Both the position numbers and the translations under genes were made by a program. From NCBI GenBank assembly GCA_964016885.1, contig OZ024750.1, positions 54,684,001 through 54,748,000 of the forward strand: 64,000 nucleotides of DNA, read 5' to 3'. Positions 1 through 12,258 of this stretch are shown one piece after another. The stretch is from Eledone cirrhosa (Eukaryota). Positions within the stretch are counted from its first letter, which is position 1. Each line of letters begins with the position of its first letter. The notes under the pieces are model-generated. The model was given only the letters and a program-made list of their open reading frames with translations, had not been told where the DNA came from and ran no database searches.

Positions 1-1713
1 TATACAATTGTAATGTTAAAACTGACTCTAATTCTTTTAACTACGTCGGTTCCACATCGACGGAATTTAAACTTCGCTATAATAACCACAAGAATTCTTT
101 CACAGATCCAAGCAAGAAATCTTCAACGGCACTATCAGGCGTACTCTGGCAACTTAAGCTAGATAACGTTAGATATTCGACGGCTTGGAATATAGTCTCA
201 AGAGGGATTCCTTTTAATTCATCCTCTGAGACATGTGACCTCTGCGCAGAGGAGATATTCTTTATACTAAAATCTAAAAATTCCCTTAATCTACGGACAA
301 ATTTATTCAGTTGCTGCAAACATAGATTAAACTCAACGTTTAAATATAAATTTAAATTTAAAATGTAGTATATTTAGTTTGATTTATAATTATATGGGAA
401 ACTAGCCGATAAATCTTTGATTTCTTCTTTTTATTTTTATTTTTTATTTTTATTTAAACATTCTTCATGAAAAATTAAGCTACCCTAAAAGTTGATGCTC
501 CAAATATTTCGAATAAACGTTACACTAGATAAACTTCTATATTAAATATAAGAACACATGTAGACCAAATGGGCATCCTAAACTTTTTGAAATGATTTTT
601 GCTAGATGCGATTTGATAAATAATTTTTGGCTTTATCTGTTTTTCGACTCTGATGCTTATAATGAACTTGGCAATATATTGTCAATTAATTTTGAAGGGT
701 TGATCTTTGTGGTTTATTTTTATTGTTGTAGTATTTTCTAATATTTTTATTTTTAATATTTTTAATATGTAATATTTTTAATATGTAATACTCTTTCGTA
801 ATATTTTTTAGTTTTCTATCTTATTATTACTTATTATTATTATTATTGTTATTTTTTGTTTCTGATATATATTTTTATTAGTATATTGAAATCTGTTCTC
901 TATTTCTGCTTGATAGATAATCTTGTAGAGTAAAGACAGGAATAGTAGCAATATTGACTCTATATATATTTGTGTGTATATATATACACATATATGTATA
1001 CTTAAATTATTATAGCACAATGAGAATGTTTTCCGTGAACTTAGGGTTTGCAGAGTTGATCATATAAATTCACATAGATGTTTGTAGTTATCACATAAAC
1101 ATATGAATTTTTAAAAAAAACTAAACATAAGATCATTTTCACACATTATGGATACATGTCTCATTCAGAAATACTGATATTTACAATATAGTGGCTGGTT
1201 TTTATACATACGAATACCTCTACATTAAAACATAGGGTTTTTTATGCCTCGCCTATGTCTGGTTATTTTTAATTTTTCTCTATATATAACAGCTGGTTTC
1301 TATCCTAACCACATATATCTCCCTTACATTAATACTAGAGCTAAATAAATAAATAAATAAATAAATGTATCATTGATACGTTTACTCAACTGACGTCCCA
1401 CTACCTAGTTTTCTATATATATGTATCTATCTCTATTTCCTCTCTCTCTATATATATATATATTTCTCTCTCTGTTTCTTTACATGAAGTTCTTCTCTTT
1501 ATCTATCTTTCCATCTCTCTATTTTGTTCCATGCATTTCTTCTTTTTTCTTCTTTTTCTTCGTTTTCTGTCTTTCTTTCCTTTTTTTCTCTCTTTTTTTC
1601 TCTCTCTCTTTCTCTCGGTGTACAATTTTTTCACTGCCAAATCAACTTTTCAAATACAAGTCGAGGTTGTTACGGTATGTCAAATCTATTTATCTATAAA
1701 ACTGTTTATATTG

Positions 1714-1779
1714 TATTTTGTCTGAGGAAGGCATAGCATATTGTTAATATGATATCCCTGAAATATATATAATGAAATA
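1714..1779 (+). ncRNA. Type I hammerhead ribozyme (family A)
   Basis: tattttgt-CTGAGGA-stem II (aggcata..catatt/aatatg..tatccct)-GAAA-tatata-TA|atgaaata. Stem I pairs over 8 bp with two G-U pairs; stem III is palindromic. Confidence 0.8.
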
Positions 1780-1908
1780 GATATGGTTTTATAAATATAG
1801 TTTCCATTTATTTAATATTGTAAATATACTCCAAATACTTGTCGAGTGCTTTTATATCAGTTATAAATATTTACTAGTTGTAACCCAACAATTTAAATAT
1901 AACTTTCC

Positions 1909-1941
<33 letters not shown>

Positions 1942-2246
1942 TACATATATACATAGCCATACAATTATACACATACAAATACATATATATCACAACCAAA
2001 TACAAACACACACATATATATATGTGTGTAAAACTCATTCTTAGATAATTCATATGAACCTTATTTAACTCTAAAATATACATATAAATATATATATATA
2101 TTGTTATACTTTGGGAGGGTCATGTTGCCAATAAGAAACACATGCACCAGTTGCTTTCACTTCAATTTATTATAATAAATTTATAAATTTAGGAATTTAT
2201 AAATTTCTGGTTGGTTGGTTCCACAACCAGATAGTTGTTTATATAT

Positions 2247-2291
2247 TGTCAAAGTTCTTTCGTCACACATTCTGTGACCTCTTCAGTGACT
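2247..2291 (-). ncRNA. Minimal type I hammerhead ribozyme in inverted pLTR (family B)
   Basis: Reverse complement reads gtca-CTGAAGA-g-gtcaca-gaatg-tgtgac-GAAA-gaac-TT|tgac. Confidence 0.8.
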
Positions 2292-2892
2292 GGGGATTCT
2301 TTTCTTTGTTTTTGTGTCTCTCCTTTGTTCTGTCCTACGCCATTTTGTTTCTGTGTGTGTGTTGTGTGCCACATCCGGGTGTCTGTGTGTGTTTATATTT
2401 GTTTATTTATTTGTTTATTTACATGTTACCGGTTGGTTGTTTGTTCTATGTGTGTGTGTGTTTTCATTTTGTCCTTAATTGTAAGTTGTGATGTTGCTGT
2501 TCCACTCATATTTTCTATTTAATTTTGGTTGTAATTCTATTATGTTTATTGCCTCTCTGATTTGTCTAAACATTGCGTCTTTTCTGTGTGTAGATTCTAT
2601 TTTTATTTCTTTGTTCTCTAATTTACCCTTATGTTCTATTTTAGCATGTTGGTAGAGTACAGATGATTTTTTACTATCTTGAAGGTCTCGCCAGTGTTCA
2701 TTTATCCGTTCCCCTACACTACGAGCTATCACACCTATCTACACTATATTTTTGTCTCTATATTGTCCTTCAGTACATCTTATGCTATACACTACATTTC
2801 TAGTTTTACAGTTAATATGGGGGCTTATTTTACAGGTTATACATTTCTTATCTATACAGGGGGTCTCTGGAAAGGGTATGTCTTGCTAATAA

Positions 2893-5800
2893 TTGTTTTT
2901 ACTGTTAGAAATAGAAAAATCATTTACAAAATTACGTTGGAACCTCAAAAACAAAAACAAAAACAAAAGTAACAATATACGCACACACATATACAACATA
3001 CATCCCAACAACAACAAACACACAGACACAAACAACAATAACAACAACACACACACCAACAATAATAACATACCCAGAAACAACAACAACAGACACACAG
3101 ACACAAACAACAATAACAACACACACAACAATAATAACACACACGGAGACAACAACAACAACACACATCAACAACAGCACACATCAACAACAACAACACA
3201 CACACATTCAATGCCTCTCACCACCACCACAATCTTAACAAACACACAGACACAGAAAACAAGTAATGACAGTAGCACAGAAATCACAGAAATAAGGGAA
3301 AGTAATAGGATTAAAAGGAGAAGGGAGACTATGGACAAAGGAAATAACCAAGACGAACACACAGACACACAAAATAGAGTAGATAATAACAATGAGCCAG
3401 TGGGAAGAGACAGGAGTAATTATGAGAGACATAGAAACAACCATGAGGCTGTTGGTGGAAATAGAAATAGAAACAACACAACTAACAATAACAATAGCAC
3501 TAGTACACATAAAGCAGCAGCCTGGAACTCTACGTTTTATAATCCCTCCGATAAATCGTTCGACCTGCGACGAGTCCACGCCACGACTCTACCATTTAAC
3601 AAACGCACGCAATTGCCGTCGCAGGTCGATGAACAAACAAAAGCACAATTTAGTATAGCTAGATCCGAGCTTAGAAATATTATAGAACAGTATAGCAAGA
3701 AGCATAATAGAATGGAGGCCCAGCAACTGGGAGAAAAATCTGCAAATGGCTTGCGTAAGCTCATGCAGCGCTCGCGTAATGGAGAGATATCATGCTTTCC
3801 AACAGACAAGTCTGGCAGAATGTCGGTTGACAGCCTGCCAAACTACATCCAGGCAATGCAACCCCACATCACTAACACAAGAGAGGTAACACCACAGGAG
3901 CATGAGGATAGAGAAAAAGCCCTCAATGCTCATATGGTGATGTGGACGAATATAATGCAGCCCAACAAAAGGACTGCCAACAACTTCCAGGCCTGGAACA
4001 ATGACGTGCCGGCGTTGTATGGGCTTCGAAAAGACCATAAAACGGGCAGTAACCCTGTCACGCGAACAACAACACGGCCAGTCTGTGGGGCTAACATTGC
4101 TAGTAACTACAGACTGTCCTACTTCCTCTCCCTGATCATGCGCCCCATCATTGAAATGTCCCCAGATGTATGTGACTGCACGGAGGACCTCCTCAGCAGA
4201 ATCGGCGAGAGTAACCGATCTAGGGACCTAACAAACTACATAATAGGTAGTATGGATGTTGTGTCCCTGTATCCATCTATTGACGTGGATTTTGCTGTGG
4301 AGAAATGCGTAGAAATGATCAGTGAGAGCAATGTTGAGTTCCGTGGGATTGATACCAGTGAGCTGGGACTCCTACTTAAACTTACCTATAGTAATAATTA
4401 CCTAGACACATATGACCTTAGCAACCTGTGCCCTACAAGACCAGCAAGAGGCAGACCACCTACCATTACCTCAATGGCCAAGAAAACCCACACAGATAGA
4501 TGGAACGGGTGGACCAGAGCCATACGGACACCCGAAAACCACGATGAACTGAAGAAAATCATTGCACATGCGGTAGGGGGCCACCTTAAAACTAACCCTT
4601 AAGGAACATATGTTCAAATTTAATGGAAAAACATATGCCCAAGAGGAAGGAGCAGCCATTGGTGTTAGCATTGCAGGCGACATAGCTAACTTATTCATGG
4701 TATGGTGGGACAGTAGACTTAAACTTAAACTTAAAGAACAATTAGAAGACCCCTTAACCCTGATAATGTACTCCCGCTACGTTGATGATATAAACATCGT
4801 AGTTAAGACACCCCCACTAGAGAACAGTCAGGAACTAGAGAAAAACACAATGGAAAGCATCCAGCAAATAGCTAACTCCATCCACCAGAGCATTAGTGTT
4901 ACTATAGACTACCCAAGTAGACACCCCAACCATCGATTACCTGTACTAGACACAGAGCTCTGGTTAGATACCATTAATAACAAAAAAACAAATCCTCCAT
5001 TCCCATTATGCCAAACCCATGACTTCCAAACATCTGATCCACCGAAACTCGGCTGTTTCGGACCATACCAAAATCAACATACTGATTGCGGATTTGGTAC
5101 GGGTGATGAGAAACGTGTCCCGCATGTGCAACCCCGAAGAAGTATAGAGACACATACAACACTTCATCCACCGTATGCAGTTCTCTGGTTACAATCAGAG
5201 AGATAGAATCAGAGTGTATAGAGGAGCCAGAACCAAATGGGAAAAAATGGTAAATAATGACACAAATGGGACCTGCCCCTTGTATAGGAGCAACTTTTGG
5301 AATAGAATAGAAAGAACTAGGAATAAGGATAATAGAATAAACTCATGGTATGATAGCAATAAATACCAGAGTGTAATTTTCATCGATACAACCCCTAGAG
5401 GTGAATTAGCTTACAAATTTAGAAGGGCCCTAGATAAACATAAACTCAATATTAAGATAGTAGAAAGACCAGGTACCTCCGTAAAAACACTTATTAGCAA
5501 GACATACCCTTTTCAAAGACCCCCCTGTATAGATAAGAAATGTATAACCTGTAAATTAAGCCCCCATATTAACTGTAAAACTAGAAATGTAGTATATAGC
5601 ATAAGATGTACTGAAGGACAATGTAGAGACAAAAATATAGTGTACATAGGTGAGACAGCTCGTAGTGTAGGGGAACGGATAAATGAACACTGGCGAGACC
5701 TTCAAGATAGTAAAGAATCATCTGTACTCTACCAACATGCTAAAATAGAACATAAGGGTAAATTAGAGAACATAGAAATAAAAATAGAATCTACACACAG

Positions 5801-5909
5801 AAAAGACGCAATGTTTAGACAAATCAGAGAGGCAATAAACATAAAAGAATTACAACCAAAATTAAATAGAAAACATGAGTGGAACAGCAACATCACAACT
5901 TACAATTAA
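2893..5909 (+). pseudogene. PLE RT/GIY-YIG endonuclease polyprotein, two frameshifts (~4590, ~4985)
   Basis: Motifs PTDKSG, SMDVVSLYPSI, GAAIG, YSRYVDD, LPVLD, CxxxxCxxC..NVVYSIRC..YIGET; Asn/Thr-rich N-terminus; split over ORFs 2893-4602, 4610-5206 and 5175-5909. Confidence 0.92.
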
Positions 5910-6105
5910 GGACAAAATGAAAACACACACGCACATAGAACAAACAACCAACCTGTAACATGTAAATAAACAAATAAACGAATATAAACACACACAGACA
6001 CACGGATGTGGCGCATGCGCAGACTGAGCACACAACACTCACACAAAAACAAGATGGCGTAGGACAGAACAAAGGAGAGGCACAAAAACAAAGAAAAGAA
6101 TCCCC

Positions 6106-6150
6106 AGTCACTGAAGAGGTCACAGAATGTGTGACGAAATAACTTTGACA
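6106..6150 (+). ncRNA. Minimal type I hammerhead ribozyme in 3' pLTR (family B)
   Basis: gtca-CTGAAGA-g-gtcaca/tgtgac-GAAA-taac-TT|tgac. A G>T change at 6140 weakens stem III relative to the copy at 2247. Confidence 0.75.
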
Positions 6151-6472
6151 ATATATAAACAACCATCTGGTTGTGGAACCAACCAACCAACCGGAAATTT
6201 ATAAATTCCTAAATTTATTATAATAAATTGAAGTGAAAGCAACTGGTGCGTGTGTTTCTTATTGGCAACACGACCCTCCCAAAGTATAACAATATCGGTT
6301 TCAACACACGTTTTCAGATAAAGAATCTTGCTAAACAAATTCAGAAACGAAATATATATATATAAATATATATAATAAATATGTATATATAAATATATAA
6401 ATATAAATATATATGTAAATATATATATATATAAATATATATGTAAATATACATATATAAATATATATATAA

Positions 6473-6522
<50 letters not shown>

Positions 6523-6526
<4 letters not shown>

Positions 6527-7558
6527 GTATAACGTTTGATTTGTCCAGGTGTATTTTTCTCAACCTGTTAGTTCTTTTGTTACTTTGGTATATTGTGTTA
6601 GATTTTGCCTACCACAATGTTCAATTTGTCAAGCTATTTAAACGTGTTATTACTCTAAGGACCTACCTTGTCGAGTGCTTTGCTAACTCATTCATATAGT
6701 AGGCCGAATTTGCTTGCACACCGCCAGAGATTCGATTTTACTAAGTATCCAATTATATTATTTTCTTCTAGATTTAATAATTAACTAATTAATTTAATTA
6801 GACAATTCTATTGATTGGTTAATTATTTGTGTTTGTTTAATAGCATCTGGTCGAGAGCTTATTCTGATGATTAGCGGAAATTATAATATTTCCTTTGTCT
6901 AACATCTTGAATGACCTGCCAAAAACCGGGGGTTGTTTCACTTGCTGGAAATAACACGTGACAACTATATATACGATACGTTGAACCCAGCGGCAACATT
7001 TATCTTCTCGCCCCGTTCTTTGGTAGAACGAATACCTGTTGATGAACTGAATCCTCTGTTCGATCATGAATACCACGAACTTGCCATTTACGTAAGTCTG
7101 ATATTTGATTTCGGATTCATAGAAACACTTTAAACGTATAACGTTTGATTTGTCCAGGAGTATTTTTCTCAACCTGTTAGTTCTTTCGTTACTTTGGTAT
7201 ATTGTGTGTCAGATTTTGCCTACCACAATGTTCAATTTGTCAAGCTATTTAAACGTATGTTTAAGGACCTACCTTGAGTGCTTTGCTAACTCATTCATAT
7301 AGTAGGCCGAATTTGCTTGCACACCGCCAGAGATTCGATTTTACTAAGTATCCAATTATATTATTTTCTCCTAGATTTAATAATTAACTAATTAATTTAA
7401 TTAGACAATTCTGTTGATTGGTTAATTATTTGTGTTTGTTTAATAACATCTGGTCGAGAGCTTATTCTGATGATTAGCGGAAATTATAATATTTCCTTTG
7501 TCTAACATTTTGAATGACCCGCCAAAAACCGGGGGTTGTTTCCCTTGCTGGAAATAAC
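6523..7558. repeat. Tandem duplication of a ~608 bp unit (second copy truncated at the Tigger element)
   Basis: 6523-6958 recurs almost identically at 7131-7558. Confidence 0.85.
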
Positions 7559-7559
7559 C

Positions 7560-9835
7560 GAGGCTAAGGGACAGTATGGGTTTCAGCCCTTACTCATCTT
7601 GGGCTGAGTTGGCAGGGGAGGATGAGGGTGATGTGGGAGGCTCAAAACCAACAAACTCGTTGACTGCAGTGGATGTTGAAGGGCCAGCTGTATCACGGTT
7701 GGCAGGTGTGACTGGCTTGAAGAAAGAGTAGATGGAGGACTGTTTGGCGGTGTTTCGTTTGGCTTCATACATTTCTTGGTAAATCTTGACGCTTTTCTCG
7801 ACGTCTTGAGACACTTTGCTGCTCCTAGCAGGGTTGGGGTCACGCTCCTTCAGGGTTTCTAAGATTGTTTCGATACTTCCGAGATATTCCCTTAGAGTTT
7901 TTATGTCCAAGCTACACACAGGTTCTTCGTCCTCCTCTTCTTTTTCTGTCTCCTGTATCGCCTTGTCTAGTTCTATGAGTTCATCATTGGAGAGTGGTTC
8001 AGCGTGGCTTTCCAAAAGGTCTTGCACATCATCATTAACACCATCGAAGCCAGCTCTATGGCAGAGATTTACAATATCTTTTTTTATCGCACCAATGTCC
8101 TCAGCAAAGCCTTGGAAGGCATTCACACATGCTGGCCATAATTTCTTCCAGGCCATGGTAGACTGCTTCACTTCTTCCCAAGATGCCTTGATGTTGTCTA
8201 AGCCGTGCTTGATGTTGTACAATTTCCACCATTCCCTGATCGTGGGCTTATCAGGCCCATCTGTGCCCTTTATCAGCTGCTGCATGGTTCTCCGCTGGTA
8301 GTATGCCTTAAATGTTTTGATGACTGTTTGATCCATCGGCTGAATGAGAGCTGTGGTGTTTTTTTGGAGGGGGGGGGGGCAAAATCTCAATCTTTTCTGA
8401 CCAGTCTTCCATTGCCCGTGGGCGTTGTCCACTAATAGCAGAAAACGGTTGGCAATGTTGTTAGCTAATGCATATTCCTTAAGGGTTGGTGACAGATATG
8501 AAGTGAAAAACTCCTGGTGAATTGAAGTGATCAACCATGCCTTCTTATTAGACTTCCATATCACTGGTAGGTATTGCTTAAGTAACCACTTGAGTGCTCT
8601 TGGAGCTTCAGAATGGTAGATCATGAGTGGTTTTAGCTTTAAATCTCCTTCTGCATTCCCACCAAGAAACAGAGTAACATGGTCCTTTGAGGCTTTGAAA
8701 CCCTTCGCACTTTTCTCCTCCTTGTCAATTATTGGTATTACTGGTCATCCTTTTCCAATAAAGTTCTGTTTCATGATAATTAATAACCTGCTTTTTTCTG
8801 TACCCCTTCTCTGCAATGCATTTCTCTAACTCTGCCTTGAATTTTTTAGCACTCTCTTTGTCGGAACTGGCAGCCTCACCTGTAACTTTTATGTTGTGAA
8901 GACTCGAACATCGTTTGAACTTATCAAACCAGCCTTTGCTTGCCTTGAATACAAAGTCTTCCACCCCCATTTCAGTCTTGAGCCTGTCAATAATGGACAA
9001 TGCTTTCTCACTGATTACATTTAAAGACAGAGGCATATTTTGACGATTTTGGTCGTCGATCCAAATTTTGAGCAACCTTTCCATCCTATCCATAATCGGC
9101 TCACGATGTTTGGTCAAAAATTTACTCTGTAGACTCGTAGCATTCTCCCCAGCTTTTTTTTTGACAGCCTCACTATTTTTTAAAACAGTCCATACTGTAG
9201 ACTGGGCTAGGCCTAAGTTACGACTTATGGCGGACGTACCTTGCCCCTGTTCCTTCCTTTTCAAAATGTCCAGCTTTATCTCCAATGTCAGGCTCTTCCT
9301 CATACGTTTGGCCTTTCCATCTACATCAGCAATATTCACAGGACGTTTTGGGGCCATGAGATATGGGGGTTATAAGATATGCCGTGTTAATTATGCTCCA
9401 AAAACACGCCGTTGGGTTTTATCTTACTTTGAATAACGTCATAACTCTTAACTAATCACTTCAGTTCGGCAAAAATTCTCTCACTGAGAGGACACGCTAG
9501 TTTGCCGAACTGAAGTAATCAGCTAAGAGTTATGACGTCATCGATCGATATCTGAACTCGCTCGTGATTGGCGAGTTTCTCGGAAAGGTCAGTTAGTACG
9601 ATAGCAGTACTAACACAATTTTCCTAGAATTCGAATAGCAGTCAGTTTCCACGAATTCAAGGGGTAATTTATTGCTTACTACAGGTGGCGCTACGGTACA
9701 ATATAAACAAAACACGACAAAAATCCGTATCTGTAAATTTTTTTTTACCGTAAATAGAATTGATGGTAGTAATTACCCAAAACCGTATCTATGAATTTAC
9801 CGGATAAAGAACTACCGTACATCGAGGACCCACTG
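7560..9835 (-). mobile_element. Tigger/pogo (Tc1-mariner superfamily) DNA transposon, frameshifted, 3' TIR not seen
   Basis: ORF 9357-8725 has an HTH_psq/CENP-B-like N-terminus (RKSLTLEIK..FKASKGWFDKFK). ORF 8624-7590 is DDE_1-like (LLLVDNA, TTALIQPMDQ). TIR-like CAGTGGGTCCTCG next to TA at 9835. Confidence 0.9.
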
Positions 9836-9965
9836 TATATATATATATATAAGTTGAAATAAAATGAAAACGAAATTTCATTTCTCACTCTTAGTACGGC
9901 ACTTACTTAAATGTAAGTATGTGTGTATACGTACATACATATATGTATACAGACGTACAGTAGCA

Positions 9966-10019
<54 letters not shown>

Positions 10020-10160
10020 TACATATATGCACGTATCAGTTTAGCGGACGCTTATTATAACGCCGCTTTGTTCGTTTGTAAACAAACTGAACAGCCTGAA
10101 TTTTATGCCGTACGGTGTTAAGGCAACCACGTCACCTTTTTGTTCAACACTGACACAGGA

Positions 10161-10203
10161 ACGATGTACTAGTTTCAAGCTTGTTAGCTATCATCAGCAC
10201 CGT
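10161..10203 (-). ncRNA. Type I hammerhead ribozyme (family D, array copy 1)
   Basis: Reverse complement: acggtg-CTGATGA-t-agct-aaca-agct-t-GAAA-ctag-TA|catcgt. Stem I extends with ctggca/tgtcag and gttcaac/gttgaac. Confidence 0.92.
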
Positions 10204-10439
10204 ATACCCTTCTGCCAGATAGTTGAACGTTCGAAAGTATATACTTTCCTTATGAAAATTAACGGCTAAGCAGCCTAATTTGCATATCGAGTGAGTTAAG
10301 TCGGTCAGGCATACCGAAAACGATAAGTTGAAATAAAATGAAAACGAAATTTCATTTCTCACTCTTAGTACGGCACTTCCTTAAATGTAAGTATGTGTGT
10401 ATACGTACATACATATATGTATACAGACGTACAGTAGCA

Positions 10440-10491
<52 letters not shown>

Positions 10492-10642
10492 CAGGTACAC
10501 ATACATATATGCACGTATCAGTTTAGCGGACGCTTATTATAACGCCGCTTTGTTCGTTTGCAAACAAACTGAACAGCCTGAATTTTATGCCGTACGGTGT
10601 TAAGGCAACCACGTCACCTTTTTGTTCAACACTGACACAGGA

Positions 10643-10685
10643 ACGATGTACTAGTTTCAAGCTTGTTAGCTATCATCAGCACCGT
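10643..10685 (-). ncRNA. Type I hammerhead ribozyme (family D, copy 2)
   Basis: Same core and stems as copy 1. Confidence 0.92.
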
Positions 10686-10924
10686 ATACCCTTCTGCCAG
10701 ATAGTTGAAAGTTCTAAAGTATATACTTTCCTTATGAAAATTAACGGCTAAGCAGCCTAATTTGCATATCGAGTGAGTTAAGTCGGTCAGGCATACCGAA
10801 AACGATAAGTTGAAATAAAATGAAAACGAAATTTCATTTCTCACTCTTAGTACGGCACTTACTTAAATGTAAGTATGTGTGTATACGTACATACATATAT
10901 GTATACAGACGTACAGTAGCATGC

Positions 10925-10955
<31 letters not shown>

Positions 10956-11106
10956 CAGGTACACATACATATATGCACGTATCAGTTTAGCAGACGCTTA
11001 TTATAACGCCGCTTTGTTCGTTTGTAAACAAACTGAACAGCCTGAATTTTATGCCGTACGGTGTTAAGGCAACCACGTCACCTTTTTGTTCAACACTGAC
11101 ACAGGA

Positions 11107-11149
11107 AGGATGTACTAGTTTCAAGCTTGTTAGCTATCATCAGCACCGT
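11107..11149 (-). ncRNA. Type I hammerhead ribozyme (family D, copy 3)
   Basis: Same core; one mismatch in outer stem I. Confidence 0.9.
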
Positions 11150-11560
11150 ATACCCTTCTGCCAGATAGTTGAACGTTCGAAAGTATATACTTTCCTTATG
11201 AAAATTAACGGCTAAGCAGCCTAATTTGCATATCGAGTGAGTTAAGTCGGTCAGGCATACCGAAAACGATAAGTTGAAATAAAATGAAAACGAAATTTTA
11301 TTTCTCACTCTTAGTACGGCACTTACTTAAATGTAAGTATGTGTGTATACGTACATACATATATGTATACAGACGTACAGTAGCATGCATATATATACAT
11401 ATATACATACAGGTACACATACATATATGCACGTATCAGTTTAGCGGACGCTTATTATAACGCCGCTTTGTTCGTTTGCAAACAAACTGAACAGCCTGAA
11501 TTTTATGCCGTACGGTGTTAAGGCAACCACGTCACCTTTTTGTTCAACACTGACACAGGA

Positions 11561-11603
11561 ACGATGTACTAGTTTCAAGCTTGTTAGCTATCATCAGCAC
11601 CGC
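11561..11603 (-). ncRNA. Type I hammerhead ribozyme (family D, copy 4)
   Basis: Same core and stems as copy 1. Confidence 0.9.
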
Positions 11604-11837
11604 ATACCCTTCTGCCAGATAGTTGAACGTTCTAAAGTATATACTTTCCTTATGAAAATTAACGGCTAAGCAGCCTAATTTGCATATCGAGTGAGTTAAG
11701 TCGGTCAGGCATACGGAAAACGTTAAGTTGAAATAAAATGAAAACGAAATTTCATTTCTCACTCTTAGTACGGCACTTACTTAAATGTAAGTATGTGTAT
11801 ACGTACATACATATATGTATACAGACGTACAGTAGCA

Positions 11838-11893
<56 letters not shown>

Positions 11894-11993
11894 TACATAC
11901 AGGTACACATACATATAAGCACGTATCAGTTTAGCGGACGCTTATTATAACGTATCTCTGATACGTGCATATATGTATGTGTACCTGTATGTA

Positions 11994-12039
<46 letters not shown>

Positions 12040-12141
12040 TGCTACTGTACGTCTGTATACATATATGTATGTACGTATACACACATACTTACATTTAAAT
12101 ATAAATATATATATATATATATATAAATATATATATATAAA

Positions 12142-12248
12142 AACCAATGAGGTTTGTGTTAGGAAGGGCATCCAGCTGTAGAAACCAAGCCAGAATCAGT
12201 TCCCGTCCCACCCTTGCAAGCAGGGAAAAGCGGATGTAAAAAAAAAAA
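12142..12248 (+). mobile_element. 3' fragment of SINE/RTE-type tail
   Basis: gttaggaagggcatccag..gaatcagttcccgtcccacc..cggatgtaaaa; similar to the reverse complement of 26280-26400 and to 47810-47965. Confidence 0.65.
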
Positions 12249-12258
12249 TATATATATA

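Larger units (their letters stand above)
2097..6352 (+). mobile_element. Penelope-like retroelement (Naiad-like) with inverted 5' pseudo-LTR
   Basis: 2097-2892 is the reverse complement of ~5491-6295. The main copy has an extra ~55 nt 3' tail. Both ends lie in (AT)n. It carries an RT + GIY-YIG ORF and an HHR in the pLTR. Confidence 0.93.
9850..12098 (-). repeat. Tandem array of ~455-480 bp hammerhead-containing units (non-LTR retrozyme-like) with a terminal inverted partial unit
   Basis: About 4.5 near-identical units. HHR spacings are 482, 464 and 454 bp, differing mainly in internal (AT)n length. 11959-12098 is an inverted part-unit. The array is flanked by (AT)n. Confidence 0.9.

Noticed and set aside
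6858-6895. CTGATGA-ttagcg-GAAA-ttataa-TA hammerhead-like motif (also at ~7467)
   Set aside because: Neither stem I nor stem II pairs; not counted as a ribozyme.
7816-8301. Antisense ORFs over transposases/RTs (also 46469-47440, 58423-59076)
   Set aside because: Shadow frames of TE coding sequence.
9850-12098. CRISPR array, or repeated 72 aa ORFs as genes
   Set aside because: The units are long and near-identical with no unique spacers and no cas genes. The ORFs are by-products of the repeat.
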